DNA from: a virus
Taxonomy: Duplodnaviria; Caudoviricetes
Length of the DNA: 64,000 nt
Direction: 5' to 3' (one strand)
IMG/VR virus record: IMGVR_UViG_3300020360_000085
Location: 96,001-160,000 of that record
Part shown: in pieces, positions 37,639 through 52,600 of the stretch
Numbering within the stretch: the first letter of the stretch is position 1
Layout of the letters: the number at the start of each line of letters is the position of its first letter
Position numbers and translations under genes: made by a program
The notes under the pieces: model-generated
Told to the model about the DNA's origin: nothing
The model's database searches: none
Seen by the model: the letters and a program-made list of their open reading frames with translations, nothing else

Positions 37639-40600
37639 TGGCTGAAAAATTATTTAAAAAATTACCTGATATTTTACAGACAAGTGCTGTAAAGAATTTC
37701 TTTGATAGTACTGTAGAGCAACTTTTTAGTCCTGCAAATGTCGAGGTAATTAATGGATACGTAGGTAAGCAAAAATCAGAAGATTATAATGTACAAGGTG
37801 CATTTATAAGAGAAAGTACTGCAAACAGGCTACATTATGCATTAACACCTGCAATTAATACACTAAATTCTAATACAGGTGTAAGTGAAAATTTTATTTT
37901 TTATGACGAACTAGTTGACACTATAAAGGTAAGTGGTGTTAATACTATAAATCATAATAAAATTTTTAGTACTGATTACCAAACATTTTTACCACCAATA
38001 GATATAGACAAATTTGTAAACTTTCAGGAATACTACTGGAGTAATAATGATTTAGATGCTTTAGTTGTATCTGGAACACTATCTAATCCTATAGACATTG
38101 ATTTAGATATTATAGGCAAAAAAAGTTTTACTTCTCCAAATAACATAACATTAAAAAATGGCATGTGTGTCAACTTTTCAGGAGAGTTTGTCATACCGCA
38201 AAATAAAACAGGAATAGATTACTATGTAGAAGGTGTTGGAGAGTCGATACAACTAATACCTAAAATACAAAATGTTGCTACAGGATATTCTACAGCAACA
38301 TTAACAACCTGGGACAATACAATTTTTACTGAACTAGATAGTAATGTTAAACATACTGCAGGTAATATTATTAGTGTTAATATAGACAATGCAGGAAAAG
38401 GATATCTAAATCCTACAGTACAATTTACAGGCTCTAATACAACTTTAGCAACAGCAACAGCAAATAATGATATTTCAGGCTCTGTTTCAGATGTTACAGT
38501 AACAGCAAACGGATTAGGATATAGTGCGCCAATAGGTATTGTGGTCACAGGTACTGCCGTAAGTACTGGCATAAATGCAGGTAACACTTTTGTTTCAGAA
38601 CTTAATGAAGATCAATCCACACGTTTAACTCCATATAACAAAATTGCAATAAATGATAGCAGTAATATTTTTTTAAATCAGGAAGTAATTGTAAATAATG
38701 AAAGAACAACTGTTACAAGTTTATCAAATAGTTCTATAATATCTATAAACAATATTACAAATGGATACGATACAAATAGAACAGCAGGAATATATACAGT
38801 TTCCGGTTCTAGTGGGGGATCAGGTACTGGACAAAACTTTAGTATTACAGTATATAGTGAAACTAAAATACAAAATTTTGTAAACGTAAACGATCAAAAA
38901 TCTACCTGGAGTAGCAATACAACAATAGTAAATGCAAGAACTAGTATTACAAAAACTGGTCTTGCCACAACAGGAGGTACTGGTTCAGGAGCAACAGTAG
39001 ATGTAGTTTATAATGCAGATGCAAACATAACAGTAAGTATAAACAACCCTGGACTAGGATATCGTAGAGGAGATACTCTTACAGTAGCAGGAAACCTTAT
39101 AGATGGTGTAAGTGGACCGAACTTAACATTCGATGTCTTAGAAGTAGAAAAACCATTAGGAATAAGAACACTAGGAAACATTACATCTGGAGGTTCGCCT
39201 GTAGATGGAAATTACTTAATAGACATGGCTAATACTGTTGTATCAGGAAATGTTTCAACATCAGGCTCTGGTAAAGATGCAATTTTTAATGTAACAGTAA
39301 GTTCAGGAAATGCAACTATAGTAATAGAAGATGGTGGTATAGATTTTGTAGAAGGTGATACTTTAGAAATAAATGGAAATGTAATTAATTCTAGTGCTAC
39401 AAGTAATATCAGTTTCACAGTAGACAATGTTATTGCACCAGGTGATACAACAATAGACATTTTAAATGGTGGTACAGGACATGCTGTAGCCGATACTATA
39501 ACCATTACAGATGCTGATTTAGGCAGTGGTGGAGGAACAAATTTAAGTTTTGGCGTAGCAAGATCAGGTAATGTTTTAGGATTAGCAGATACTGTAAATC
39601 TAGATCAAGGTTCTAATCTAAGTGTACAATTTATTGCTAGTGGCTTCGAAGCAACTGTTAGAACTGACATGTATAACTTTACATCTAATTCCAGTGGTAC
39701 TTTTACAACTGGTGTGTCCTCAATGGCACTTGCAGGTGTAGATCCAAACACAGGAGATTTTTATCTTGGCGGAAATCCTGACAATGCTTTAAATTATGGT
39801 TGGGACTTAGATGAAGATGGTGATGGCACAGGTGATGCTGTATGGGGAGGCAGAACTTCCCAAGCAAATCCAGACTATAATGTAATAAAACGTGGAGCCA
39901 AAAATAGGAATATTTGGAGTAGGGTAAACTTTTGGCATCATAAACAAAACTTTTTAGATGCAAATGTCAGTGTACCAGAACAACAATACAGAGCCGTAAG
40001 ACCTATTATAGAATTTAATAATAATCTTGAACTTTATAATCATGGAAGTAATTTTATTGGAGAAATATTAGTTGTTGAAAAAACTAGAACAATAAATGAT
40101 TTAAATGGTGCACCAGTAAGTATTTTAGTAGATGGTTCACCACTAGCCGTAGGCGCCACAATAGTATTTCCAAATGAATCTACAGTAAATTCTAAATTTG
40201 TTTATAAAGTAAGTCATAGTAATGCAACAATACAACTTAATAAAGTAGGAGATCCTAATTTAAATCCTGCAGGAGCAGAAGAAGGGGACGGAAATTTTGT
40301 TCCTCTTGAATTTGCTGAAGGTGACGTTGTAAATGTTAAGGCTGGAGAAACTGTTATAGGAACAGAATGGTATTATACAAATGGTAAACTCTTACAGGCT
40401 CAAGAAAAAACAAAATTACATCAAGCACCTTTGTTTACTCTTTACAACGATTCAGGAAATTATTTAGGAAATACTAGTGTTTATGACAAAACAGATTTTA
40501 TAGGAAATAAAATATTTAATTATAAAATTGGTAGTGGTACAAACGATAGTATTTTAGGCTTCCCTTTATCTTACAAGCAATTTTATAGCAGTAGTGAGAT

Positions 40601-43600
40601 AGAATTTGAAAATTATTTAGAAACGAACAGAACAATTTTTACAGAAAATAATGCAAAAACTGAAGTACCAGGTTACTATTATTTTAAAACAACTGATAGT
40701 AATTATCATACTAATTGGTTAAGCAGTAATGAAAAATCTAGGCAACCTATAAAAACTTTTTATTATATTGACAGATTTGACGTAAATGATGAAAATTTAA
40801 TTTACTTTGTTGGTTGTTTGCCTGATGTAAAATTAAACACTCCTAGTGGCTACGATATAATTGTAGAACAAAATGGGAACATAATATCAGATTATACTTA
40901 CACTGAAAAGGGTTTAATTAAATTTAACAGTTTTACATTTAATGAAAATGATGTTATAGAAATAACTGCATATAGTAAAACTGGCTTAATCAGTGAACGT
41001 AGCATCAGCAAGTATAACATACCTATATCATGGGATAGGAATACACAAAAATTAGACATTAAAAATATTTCAGAGCCCGAATATTTGACACATTTTTCTA
41101 ATTATATGAAATACACTAATAATTTTAGTGGAGAAAGTTTAGGCTCAAATAATTTTAAAGATTTAGAAAAAACTACAAGTAGTGCTACTGATATAATAAA
41201 AACAGACGAAAATTTAATTTTAGGTGCATTTTTATTAGATGATAAACCTCATAATTTGTTAAATGCAATAGAGTTTAATCATAAAGAATACATTAGATAT
41301 AAAAATAGATTAGCATCTGAAGTTACAAAATATTTAGACACAGTAAATCCAGATGAATATTCAAATGAATTTATTTTAGAAAAAGTTTTACGAAATGTAA
41401 TTAGTTATAGTGTAGGTAACGATGTTTTCCAACAAAGTTATACAATACCTTTTGGTGACAACTATGTACAAGAAGAAAAAATTATTAACTCATTAAATGA
41501 CACTTCATATACTTTGTCTAATTACTATGACTTCAGTTTAATAGAAAATACTGTTCAAGTTTACAAAAAAAGAGGTACTGAAGTAGAATTACTAGATATA
41601 GATATAGACTACACACTAACTTCTAATGCAACTGCATCTACAAATGTTATTGCACCAACATCTACATTAGATTTACAACTTGCAGACACATTAATTTACA
41701 AAATTTACAACAAAGAAAGAGATAGTGCAGAATGTCCTCCAACACCTAGTGTTTTGGGACTATATCCATTACATGAACCCCAAATTTACACAGATAATTC
41801 GTTCGATAGTCCAATAGAAGTTCTTGTAGGACATGATGGTAGTAAAACTGCAACAAAAGGCAATAGAGAAGATCAAATTTTACTAGAATTTGAAAAGAGA
41901 ATATTTAATAGTGCTAAAAAAGAGTTTAGACAAGCAAATAGTTTACCAGAATTAAGTGTTTTTGATGTTAGAGCAGGTAAATTTAGAGAAGATTACCTAA
42001 CACATAGTGAATGGTATGATTTAATGAGATCAAACTTTACATCGTGGGCAAGAGAAAACAAAGTTGATTTTGTTAAAAATGAATTTTACGATAATAATAA
42101 AGAATTTACTTGGAACTATAGAGGTAATTTAACAATACCAGGATATTGGAGAGGTTGGTACGAATATTATTATGATACTGTAAACCCGCACACAAATCCT
42201 TGGGAAATGTTAGGGTTTTTTGAGAAGCCAAGTTGGTGGGACACTCAATATATTACAACTACATACACAAATTATGGTAGTAATAATACACCTATGTGGG
42301 AAGACATAGAAAGTGGTTTAATTAGACAGGGTCCTAGAGAAAATCTAACAGATAATTCTTACAAAACAGATAACAAGTTTGCAAGATCTGGATTAAAAAA
42401 TTTATTGCCTGTTGATAGTAATGCAACTTTAAAAAGTCCTTACAATATTGACACAACAGGCTCAACTACTAGGGCAGAAGTATATACAAACACTATAGGC
42501 AATACTAGTATAGGGTATAATACTACAAGTTTCTTAAATGTTGATGGAGTAAATGTAAGATTTGACAGTTCTAATGTTTATATTAGTAATAAAAATTTAC
42601 CAAACTATGATTTAAGTAAAATTGACACATCGGATGGCTCATTACCCTGGAAGGCACTTGAATTTAGTTATGCAATACCTAGAGTAAATTTAAATAGCAT
42701 AACAGAAAGCAATACATCACTTAATTCAGATAGAATAGGTGTGTTAGTAAACGGTCTTACATTACATAATCCTAATAGTGGTACCACATACGATAATGGT
42801 GGTAATTGGACATACAATACTGGATTTAGACAAAAAACTAATAGAAGTAATGGAATAATTTCTACAACAGATAATCAAGGTGTTGTAACCACAACAGTAC
42901 CAACATCTGATATGAGTAATTCCACAGTATGGGGTAATAGTACATCACACTCAGGCATAATTGGTTGGGCATTTGATGGATTACCAATTTACGGCCCATA
43001 TGGATATACATCTTACCATGCAAACGGATCAGTAAATGATAATAGTATTACAAACATTAAAAGCAGTTTTGAAATTAAGCCTGGTGCAAGAACTTCACAT
43101 CCTAATGGCGCTCACACAGGATTATTTTTAGAAGATTATCAATATAGTGCTAGTTTGGCTAGTCAACCTGGAAGAACTGGTAAATTTAATACAAGATATG
43201 GGGTAACACCAGATTCTCCTAGTACACCTGTAAGATTTTATGTAGCAACAATAGATGATAATAGTGAACCAATGTTCCCTTATGCTGTAGGTGGTGGTAC
43301 AACTAGTGATAATACCTATAATGGAAGTTATTTCGCAACACCATTAGATACTACTAACAACAACAAAGGTACTGTAATAGAACCTTCAAGTGTAACAGGT
43401 GCAGTATCTAGTAGTTTTGCAATCACATTAGAAAATACAGCAGTAGATTTAGATAATGAATGGGTATTTGGTGATGGTGCACCAGTAGAAAATGCTTGGA
43501 AATATAGTTCATCATATCCATTTGCTATTACAACAGCATTATTACTTTCCAAACCAGGAAAATTTGCAACTGTTTTTGCAGATCCTATAAGACAAGTAAA

Positions 43601-46600
43601 TTCTAAATTAGGCGGGATAGCAACTATAGATGTTACTTCAAGAAGAACATGGCAGTATAACAATAGCGATAATTTTGTTATACATGGAACATTTGATAAT
43701 GATAATAATTTTTTAACAAATATAGGTTATACACAATTTATTAAAAGTTGGCTAAATTACCAAAATTTTAATATTTCAAGCGAATTTAGAGACCCATTAC
43801 TAACAGTTAATACAAAATTAAGCCACAGAATGGCAGGATTTGTTGATAGTGATACAGCAACAATTAAATCAGACCAGTATAGTACAACTGGTAATGCAAC
43901 AAGTTTAATAATACCAATAGAAAATAGAAATATTTCTATACATGATAGTGGATATAAAACAAGAAATAATTATTCAGGCATAATTATTGAAAAAATTGAA
44001 GATGGCTACAAAGTAAAAGGCTTTGATACATCACTGTCATATTTTAATATTTTAGAAAGTAATAAATTAGGTGCTTCTCAAACTGTAGAAAGAGGCGGAG
44101 TACCAGCAGATTATGTGAATTGGTCTTCTAATAAAGCATATCCTTATAATACTATCGTGCAATATTTGGGTGTTTACTATCAAGCAAAAGATGATATACT
44201 AGCAAGTGATAGTTTTATTACAACACAATGGACACGATTACCTGCTTTACCGCAAGTAAATGGTATAAGAGGAGTTTTTTATGCAGAGTCCACAGGAATT
44301 GTTAAAAGGGTAGATTATAATTCAGAATTTACTACAGCACAAGATGTATTTGACTTACTTGTAAGCATAGGCAGATATCAAGAATCTATAGGTTATGACT
44401 TTGGTGACTTTGATAGCACTATAAATGCTGTTAAAAATTGGAATTATTCTGCAGAGCAATTCCTATTTTGGGTATCAGGTGGTTGGGAAATAGGAAATAC
44501 ATTAGAATTATCCCCAGGATCATCTAAAATTAGTTTTAATAAAGACATAGAGTTTGTTTCAGAAGTAAAACGTGTAGATAAAAATCAATTTAGTATTTTA
44601 GATCAAGATGGTATTGCAATAAATCCAAAAGAATGTGAAATTATTAGAGATGGTAACAAATTTGAATTAACTCCACCTATAGGAAAACAAATTTATAACA
44701 TAACTTTATATACAAAACAGATAGAGCATGTATTAAGTTTAGATAATATAACTGAATTTAATGACACCTTATACAATGATTTGTATAATCAAAAACTTGA
44801 ACGTCTATTTATAAAAGGTAAACGTACATTAGGGTGGGAAGGAAGGTTAAGTTCAGAAGGCTTTGTGATAGATGGAGGAGAACTACAACCTAATATAGAT
44901 AATATTACCTCTACAATGGGAGATTATCATAGATTAGGATTTATTCCTGTAGATAAACAAATTTATAATGTATCGAGAGGATTAATAGGCTTCGAAAACA
45001 AACCTTACTTAACAGAATTGGGGATTGTTGATGATGACCAAGTAGAATTTTACAAAGGTATGATACAAAGTAAAGGTACTTTGGACTCAATTAGTAAAAT
45101 TTTAAATAGTAATGCTATTGTTCAAGGTAATGTTAGCATATATGATGAATGGGCTCTTAGTGCTGGGTCATTTGGAGACTTAGATAATAATCAAAGTATA
45201 GAACTAAGGTTAGAAAAACAGGAAATTGCACAAGATCCTCAATTAGTAAAATTAGAATTTCCTGAAGATATTACAGGCATTGTAAATGAAATTGTAATTA
45301 CAGAAAGAAATACAAGTTATTTTGAAGTTCCTGAAATAGAAATATCAGCACCTACAAAAGATCCTAAGAAACAAGCAAATGCAGTTGCAAGTATAAAATC
45401 CGATGGCACAATAGATACTATTACAATAACAGAACAGGGTTCAGGTTATGAAGAAGGAAATACATCATTAACCGTTTTAACATCTAATTTAAATGTTTCT
45501 AAAAATACAACTACATTTAATTATGTAAGTGCATTAAGTAGTGCAAACTTTCCTGTTGCAAATGTTACAGGCATCGCAAATATAACAATTATAGATCATT
45601 TTGCAAGTAATACGTCTGCACAAACAATAGATTTATCAGCAGTAACAGACGTTGCAAATGTTGTTACAGCAATTAACAATAACGGTGTAACTAATGCAAA
45701 TATATCAGCCACAGCAATACAAGATGGCTCTAATACTGTACAACATGTTTTACAAATAAATGGTAGTGACTTTACTTTGGGCGGGTCAGGACTAGCAAAT
45801 TTAAATATTACTGGTGCAAGATATCAGCCAAGACAACGATATGGAATAATTACAGCAAACAATACAGTAGTTTCAGACGTTGTTGTTGCTGTAGAAGATG
45901 TCAATGTACCAAGAACAGAAGGAAATGTAACTTATTGGGAGTACGATGCAGGAGACAGATTCCAATTTACAACATCAACATTAACTATTAGTGGAAGTTA
46001 CGATGTAGATATTTCATCACTAACAGGTTTATTAAATAGCAGTAGTGTACTAGCAGACGAAAACATAAATTTAGTTGAAGGACAATATTTATACATAGAT
46101 GTTTATGTAAATGGAAACAAATTAGAAAATACTCCTAGCCAATCTCAATATAGTGTACCCAATAATACTACTGTAAGAATTTCAGATGTTACAAATCTTA
46201 CTGAAGGGAATATATCCCCTAATGCAAATATTTATATTGTAGAAAAAGCAACAGTTGATTTCACAGACAGTTATCAGGGAGATGTACCAGCAAGTAATTT
46301 AACAATAAAAGTACAAAATAATGAAGGATTTAGTGTACAATTAGGCAGTAAACGTATTTTTGAAATTACCCCAGATATAAAAAATGATGAAATTATCACA
46401 ATAGATATAGACGATAATAAAAGATTTCTTAAAAAGCCTAGTGGTATAAGAACTAATCAAATATGGCCTGCTACATCTAATATTGACTATACAGGTGTTA
46501 AAGACCCTGAGTATAATAAAATACCTAACGCAGGATATGTAGATAGAAAGCAAGTAACATACCAATCCTTTGGTGTAATAGACTTACCTCAACTGTTTAG

Positions 46601-49600
46601 TAATGATAGAATATTTAAACCTAGTGCAAACAATTTAATACATGTTGCAAAAAGTGAAAATAAAGATTGGAATGTTTACAAGTTAAGAGAACCAAATGAC
46701 GAAGGAATATCGTTTATAGAACAAGAAGGAATAGACGATACAGCATACTTATATACAACTGTTGATTTATTTAATTATGTAGACAGTAATCAATTACAAC
46801 AAGCAGACTTGTCAAGATTTTTAGACTACACATTAATGGTTAAAAATGTTGAAATATCTGACAATGTTGTATTTTGGACTAACCAAGAAGTAGTAGATAA
46901 AAAATCTGCACTTATTAAAAACTTTGGTGCAATAAGTATAATACAATCAAATGTTAATACTGTTGGTGTTAGTAACACATCTCCATTCTACAATGAGTTT
47001 ACAGCATTAGCACCAGCACCAAGAAGTAAATTTGTAGGCGACATAGTAAAAGCAGACGCAAACAATGTTGTTACAATGTCAACAGAAATTAATACAATTA
47101 AAAATGGCGACCAAATCGAATTACTTGATATGGGTAATACAAATACTACTCATAATGCAACAAGTTTACAACATTTAGATACTGCTAATGCAACAAGTGG
47201 TTCAGCAGGTGCAATTTACGATAGTAAAATTACAATTACAGCAAGTAACTCTGCAAACGTATCTAAAATAGTTTCAAATTTAACAGAAGTAGAAATAGCA
47301 TTTACAGGAGCCAATGTTGGAGATTATGCGTCATCAGAAGTTACTAATTTAAGATATGTGCCTTCAAATGTTGACTATGCAAATGGTACTTTTGATATAC
47401 ATACAGATGATATAAATTTCCAAAGTTACTTTGGTAATGTTGCTAATAGTACAATTACAGGAGTTACAAATGCGATTTCAAGTGTAGCATTTACTGTGTT
47501 TGAAAAGAGTAATGTACATTTACAAACAGTAACAGCAAGTAATGTAAACTTAGGTGCAGGTACATTTACATTCTTACAAAGTAATGTTACTGCAAACGCA
47601 AGTAATATTTTAGGAAGACTTTTATCTAAAACTAAATTTACAGTAGAGCAACATAATTTCTCAACAGGAGAAATTATTAAAGTATTATCAAACAATATAA
47701 GAGGATACTATCAAGTAGAAAGTGCAGGACTAGATACATTTGTACTAAATGTTCCTTACCATGCAAATTTAAGCAGTACAGGTTATATTTTAACACCAGG
47801 CTTACACATTAAAACTTCAGAGGATCATAATATTCCAGTTGACTATAATGGTAAACGTGTAATGATACATCAGGCAGAAAATCCATATTACAACCAGGTA
47901 TATAAAGTCAGTTATGTTAAAAGTAATACAGAAATAGTTTGTGAAGATGTTTACGCCTGGAATGCCATGGAAACAGATGTAAGTCCTAGTTATACTGCAA
48001 CAGTAGACGGTGCTGTAACAAAATCCAATAAAATAAAATTAGATTTAGCAAGTGTACCAAGACAAATTGGTAGAATGATGATAGTTACTGGAACTGGCAT
48101 AACAACTAGGGTTATTGTAACAAATATAGATAATGTATTTAAAAATGGTGAATTTACAGTAGATCAAGAATTAACACTTGCTGATGGAATAACATTAACA
48201 TTTGAGAAAGAATGTGTAATGACTACATTAGATCATAATGTAGTAAAATTAAATAATACAAGTATTAGAATAGATGATATAACTTCTCCACAAGGTATAT
48301 TAGAATCTATAAACAAAACACAAACAATAAAAAGTGGAATAATTAATCAAAGAGGTAACCAGTTTGGTTTAGGTATCCCAATGTTAAGGAAACCTAACCT
48401 ACCTGATGGTACTCCTTATAGTAGTTTTGCAGGTAAATCTCCTTATGTAAGAAATGAAGACTTATCAGAAAGTTTAACAGAAGGACTTGTTAAAACAGGC
48501 CATATTAAAATTAATACAGATACTAGCAGTTATAAACCTTTCCAAAAGAATGCTGTTGTTGATAATATATCTACAAGATATGGCAATAATTTTATACCTA
48601 ACAATAATTACGGAGGAACTGGCAGTACAATAAACAACTATATAGGACAACCAAATTACTATGGGGGTTCTGGAGATGTAACACAAACAGGCAATAGAGG
48701 ACAACAATATGCAAAAAGTCCTGGTGCTGTAGTTGACATACCAGTTTTTTCTCCTGATATAGATAACACTAATCTTAACGCAGGTAAAGATACACAATCG
48801 CCTATTTTTACAGGGCAGGCTTTAGAAGACGCACCAGATAAAAGATGTGGTCCTGACGCATGTGCTACTAGAAACTTCAGAGGCAAACCATTAAATGAAG
48901 TAAAAGGTTCTGGACCAATACAATGGGGAGTTACAAACTTTGCAATAGCAAGTGCAGGAACAATTACAGTTTCTGGTTCTATTACAGGTAGTGGACATGG
49001 TAAAAGACTTTGGACTAGTGATTATTCAGGATACTATAGTCCTGCTGGACAAGTTGGTGGTACTGCAAACGGCGGTATAACAAAACGTGCAATAGCAGGT
49101 GCTAAAACTTGGTCAGATAATGGTAGCACTAAATCATTTAACTTACCTGTTAAAGTAACTGAAAGCGGCATAATTTATTTACATGCTTATCAGAGTGGTA
49201 GAGGCGGTTACAACACCTCAACAGTTAGTGTAGCAACAACAAGTGGTAATGTTACAATAGATACCACATCAGTAATAGCAAAATATATAGGTAAAGAAGG
49301 ACAAATAGATGGACCGTCTAATGGTGTAATTAGAGTGGCCATGGAAGCAGGTTCCGAAATTATGATTACAGGTACTTCCAAAGGAGGAGGTAACCATTGG
49401 CATAGTTGTGAGGTACATGTTTCAGGTGCAAGAAATGGACTTAGCAGGTTAAGTGAAAGAATAGAAAATGCAAACAATAACTCAGGAACAGGAACTCCAG
49501 CAGGTGTTGGCAGTGGTGATTTTACATTACATCATTACAGCGATGAAAAAGGTGTTAGAGAAATAGAGGAGTTTTATTTTGAAACACCAGGCTCTGGTAC

Positions 49601-52600
49601 AGCAGTAATATTATTTGAACATTATAGTGGCTATGATGCTATACAGGTATTCCAAGGTCATGATAAAGGATCTACATCAACTGTAATTGCAGAAAGTGAA
49701 GCAGGCCAATTGCGTAGATTAACTAATGATGAAAGACAAGAATTAAAAAATCAATTTGCTGTTAATAAAGGCGGCACAATGACTGGTTCTGGAAATTATG
49801 CAAATATAGATTATGATAACCATAACTTAGGGGCACCAACAAAATCAAGTCCTCATTTAGGTAACAGAAATGTTGCAGTTGCTTATGCAGGTGCATTAGA
49901 GTTTAGTATAGATTCAACACAAGGCACTCACATAATGGTAAGAGTACCTAAAAACAGTTATGTATTTGACCATATAATTAAATTACCAAATGGTACACCT
50001 CCACCAGACGATCCAGGACAAGATCCTAATCCAGTAGTTCCTTGCGGACAAAATGCATCTATACCATCAGGTCCAGGCGATACTACAACACAACCACCTG
50101 GAGGTAATACATCAGGTACAGGAGGAAGTACAGGAAATCCAAATACAGGCGGAGGTAACAACTCAGGTTCTACTACTCCAGTAAATAATCCTGGAGGTGC
50201 CAGTGGAGGTAGTGTTGCTCAAAACCATACTAACTCAAGTGCTATAATAGGAAGTAATGCAAATGGTCCATATGTGTCTCCTGCTACTCAAACTTTAGTA
50301 GCCAATAATGTTTTAAATATTACTAAAAAACAGGGTGCCTATAGTTCCTTCTCAGGAATATTTGGCCATGGCAGATCAAGTTTACAAAAAAATAATTATA
50401 ATATACAATACTTTGCACAAACTTCAGGATTTTACAGACCTCCAATGACAGGACTAGCATTTGTTCCAAGCATATTTAGAAAAACAGTTAAAACAGTAAC
50501 TCAAACAAATTATGGCGTACCTATTTCATTAGCATCGGGAAGATATGTAAATAATCAAGTACAAAAAATTAGTGGAGGTTTTGTTGTACCACTTGCTCAA
50601 AGATTAACTAGCAATATTCCATTACAAAGTAGGCCTTTAAGAAATCTAGATGCAAGAGAACTTCCTTACTATAATGCTCTAGATGCCAACAAGGCGGCTT
50701 TTGAACAAGGGGGCATGTTCCATAAATTTACTCCTAAGAAGATTAGTGGAGATTATAATTTAGGAAACGGTACATTTTTAGACATTACAGGTATGGAACT
50801 TACAGGTGCTGACATGGGATTTGGCCTAGGCGAACTGTTATACTACTCACAACCTTATAATGGTATTGGAATAGATGACGATGCTCCTGTAGACACTATG
50901 CCAGTTACACCACCAGATGATGCTTACCCAGTACAAGGTGGTACAGTAATAATGGACGATCCAGATATTAGGTATAATCCTAATATGCAAATAATACTTC
51001 AACCTAAAATCGGTAATCAAAATGGTGGACCTCCAATTACAATACCTTTGTATAAACCTAAACCAGGACATACTTTAGATTTAAGTAATTTATCAGGACT
51101 TGATCCAGAAGATACAATTACAATAAATGGAAGAACAGTAGGACCATTTAAAGGCACATCTCAAAGTGCTATCATGCATGCCATAAATTGTGTCGACTCT
51201 GTAGGATTTGAAGCATTTCCTATTGGTAGCGACCATGTTAGAATCAGCAGTTGTAATAATGTACCATTAACAATTAAGGAAGGTTGTTCAGGCGGTATAT
51301 ATAAGGAAGTATTAGATTTCCATATTAACAGGTCATTTACAGATCAAGAAGTTAGTAACACAGCAGTTATAGGTGCAACAACAAATATTTTAGATGCAAA
51401 TGGTTCTGTAGTTAATACTGCGGTATCATATCCATACTTAGATGTTGACGGTGGAATAATAGGCTATGCAAACTCAACTGCAAGTTCAGGTACAGTATTA
51501 TCTAGCAGAGTAGTTAGTACAGGTGGTAGCGGATACTCAGTAGGCGATAGATTAAGATTACTAGGCGGTACACCAATAAAAGATCCATTTACAGGTGTAG
51601 CAGAAATATGCATCAAAAATCCTGGAGCAGGATATAGTTTACCAGAAAATATTGTTGTAACAATAGGAGACGGATCAACTCCAGGTAGAAATGCAACTGT
51701 AAGTAAAGTAATATTTGACTCAAATAATGGTATAGAAAAAGTTGTATTAGCAAGTGGTGGTGAGGAATACGATGTAAATAGACCTCCAAAAGTCACAATA
51801 CAAGATTTAGGACAAATAGGACTTCCTACTACATACTCAAATGCATTAAGCAGAGGTGATGTAATAAGATGGGAAGATCATGGTATTACAGCATTAGGAA
51901 GTATTGGCTCAATTGAGGCAAATATAGTTGCAGGAGAATACTTTATAAATGATGTAGCAACAAATGAAAATGTAAGTTACTCAGCAAATTCAGATAAACT
52001 TGAAAGTAAAAAGGCATCTTTTAAAATTACAATTACAGAAACAGATGGTGTAAAATCTGCAAATGTAGATATAGTAAGTGCAGGAAATTATTGGGAAGTT
52101 GGACAAACATTTGCTATTAAGGCCAAAGAATTTAACAATGTTGAAGGAGCAGACTTTACATTTAATATTGCCGCTACATTCCCTAACATGTTGTTTTACG
52201 GACAACTTACGCAAGACTCTACAGATATAGATAAATTAGGAGATGCTCTACAATTAGGTATTATTAGTATTAAGAATGGAATATTACAACCACAACAAGC
52301 AAAACTAGAAGCAGTTTTACAAAATAGTCCATCAGCACAGATACCTAGAGTTGCAAAATTTGAAGTAACAAGTGTAGACCCTATAGGGGGCATTACAAGT
52401 GTTAAAATTTTAGACAGAGGAATATATAAAGTTTTCCCAAGTGATCTAACAAATGGTTTACCATTAGAATATGACCATGTATTACTAGGAGATGAGGCAG
52501 GATTTAATGCTGACGGTACTGTATATTCTGGAGGTTCAGGATTAGGACAATATAATCCATTAGATTTATCCTCACTATCATCTCCAGGAAATTATGATCC

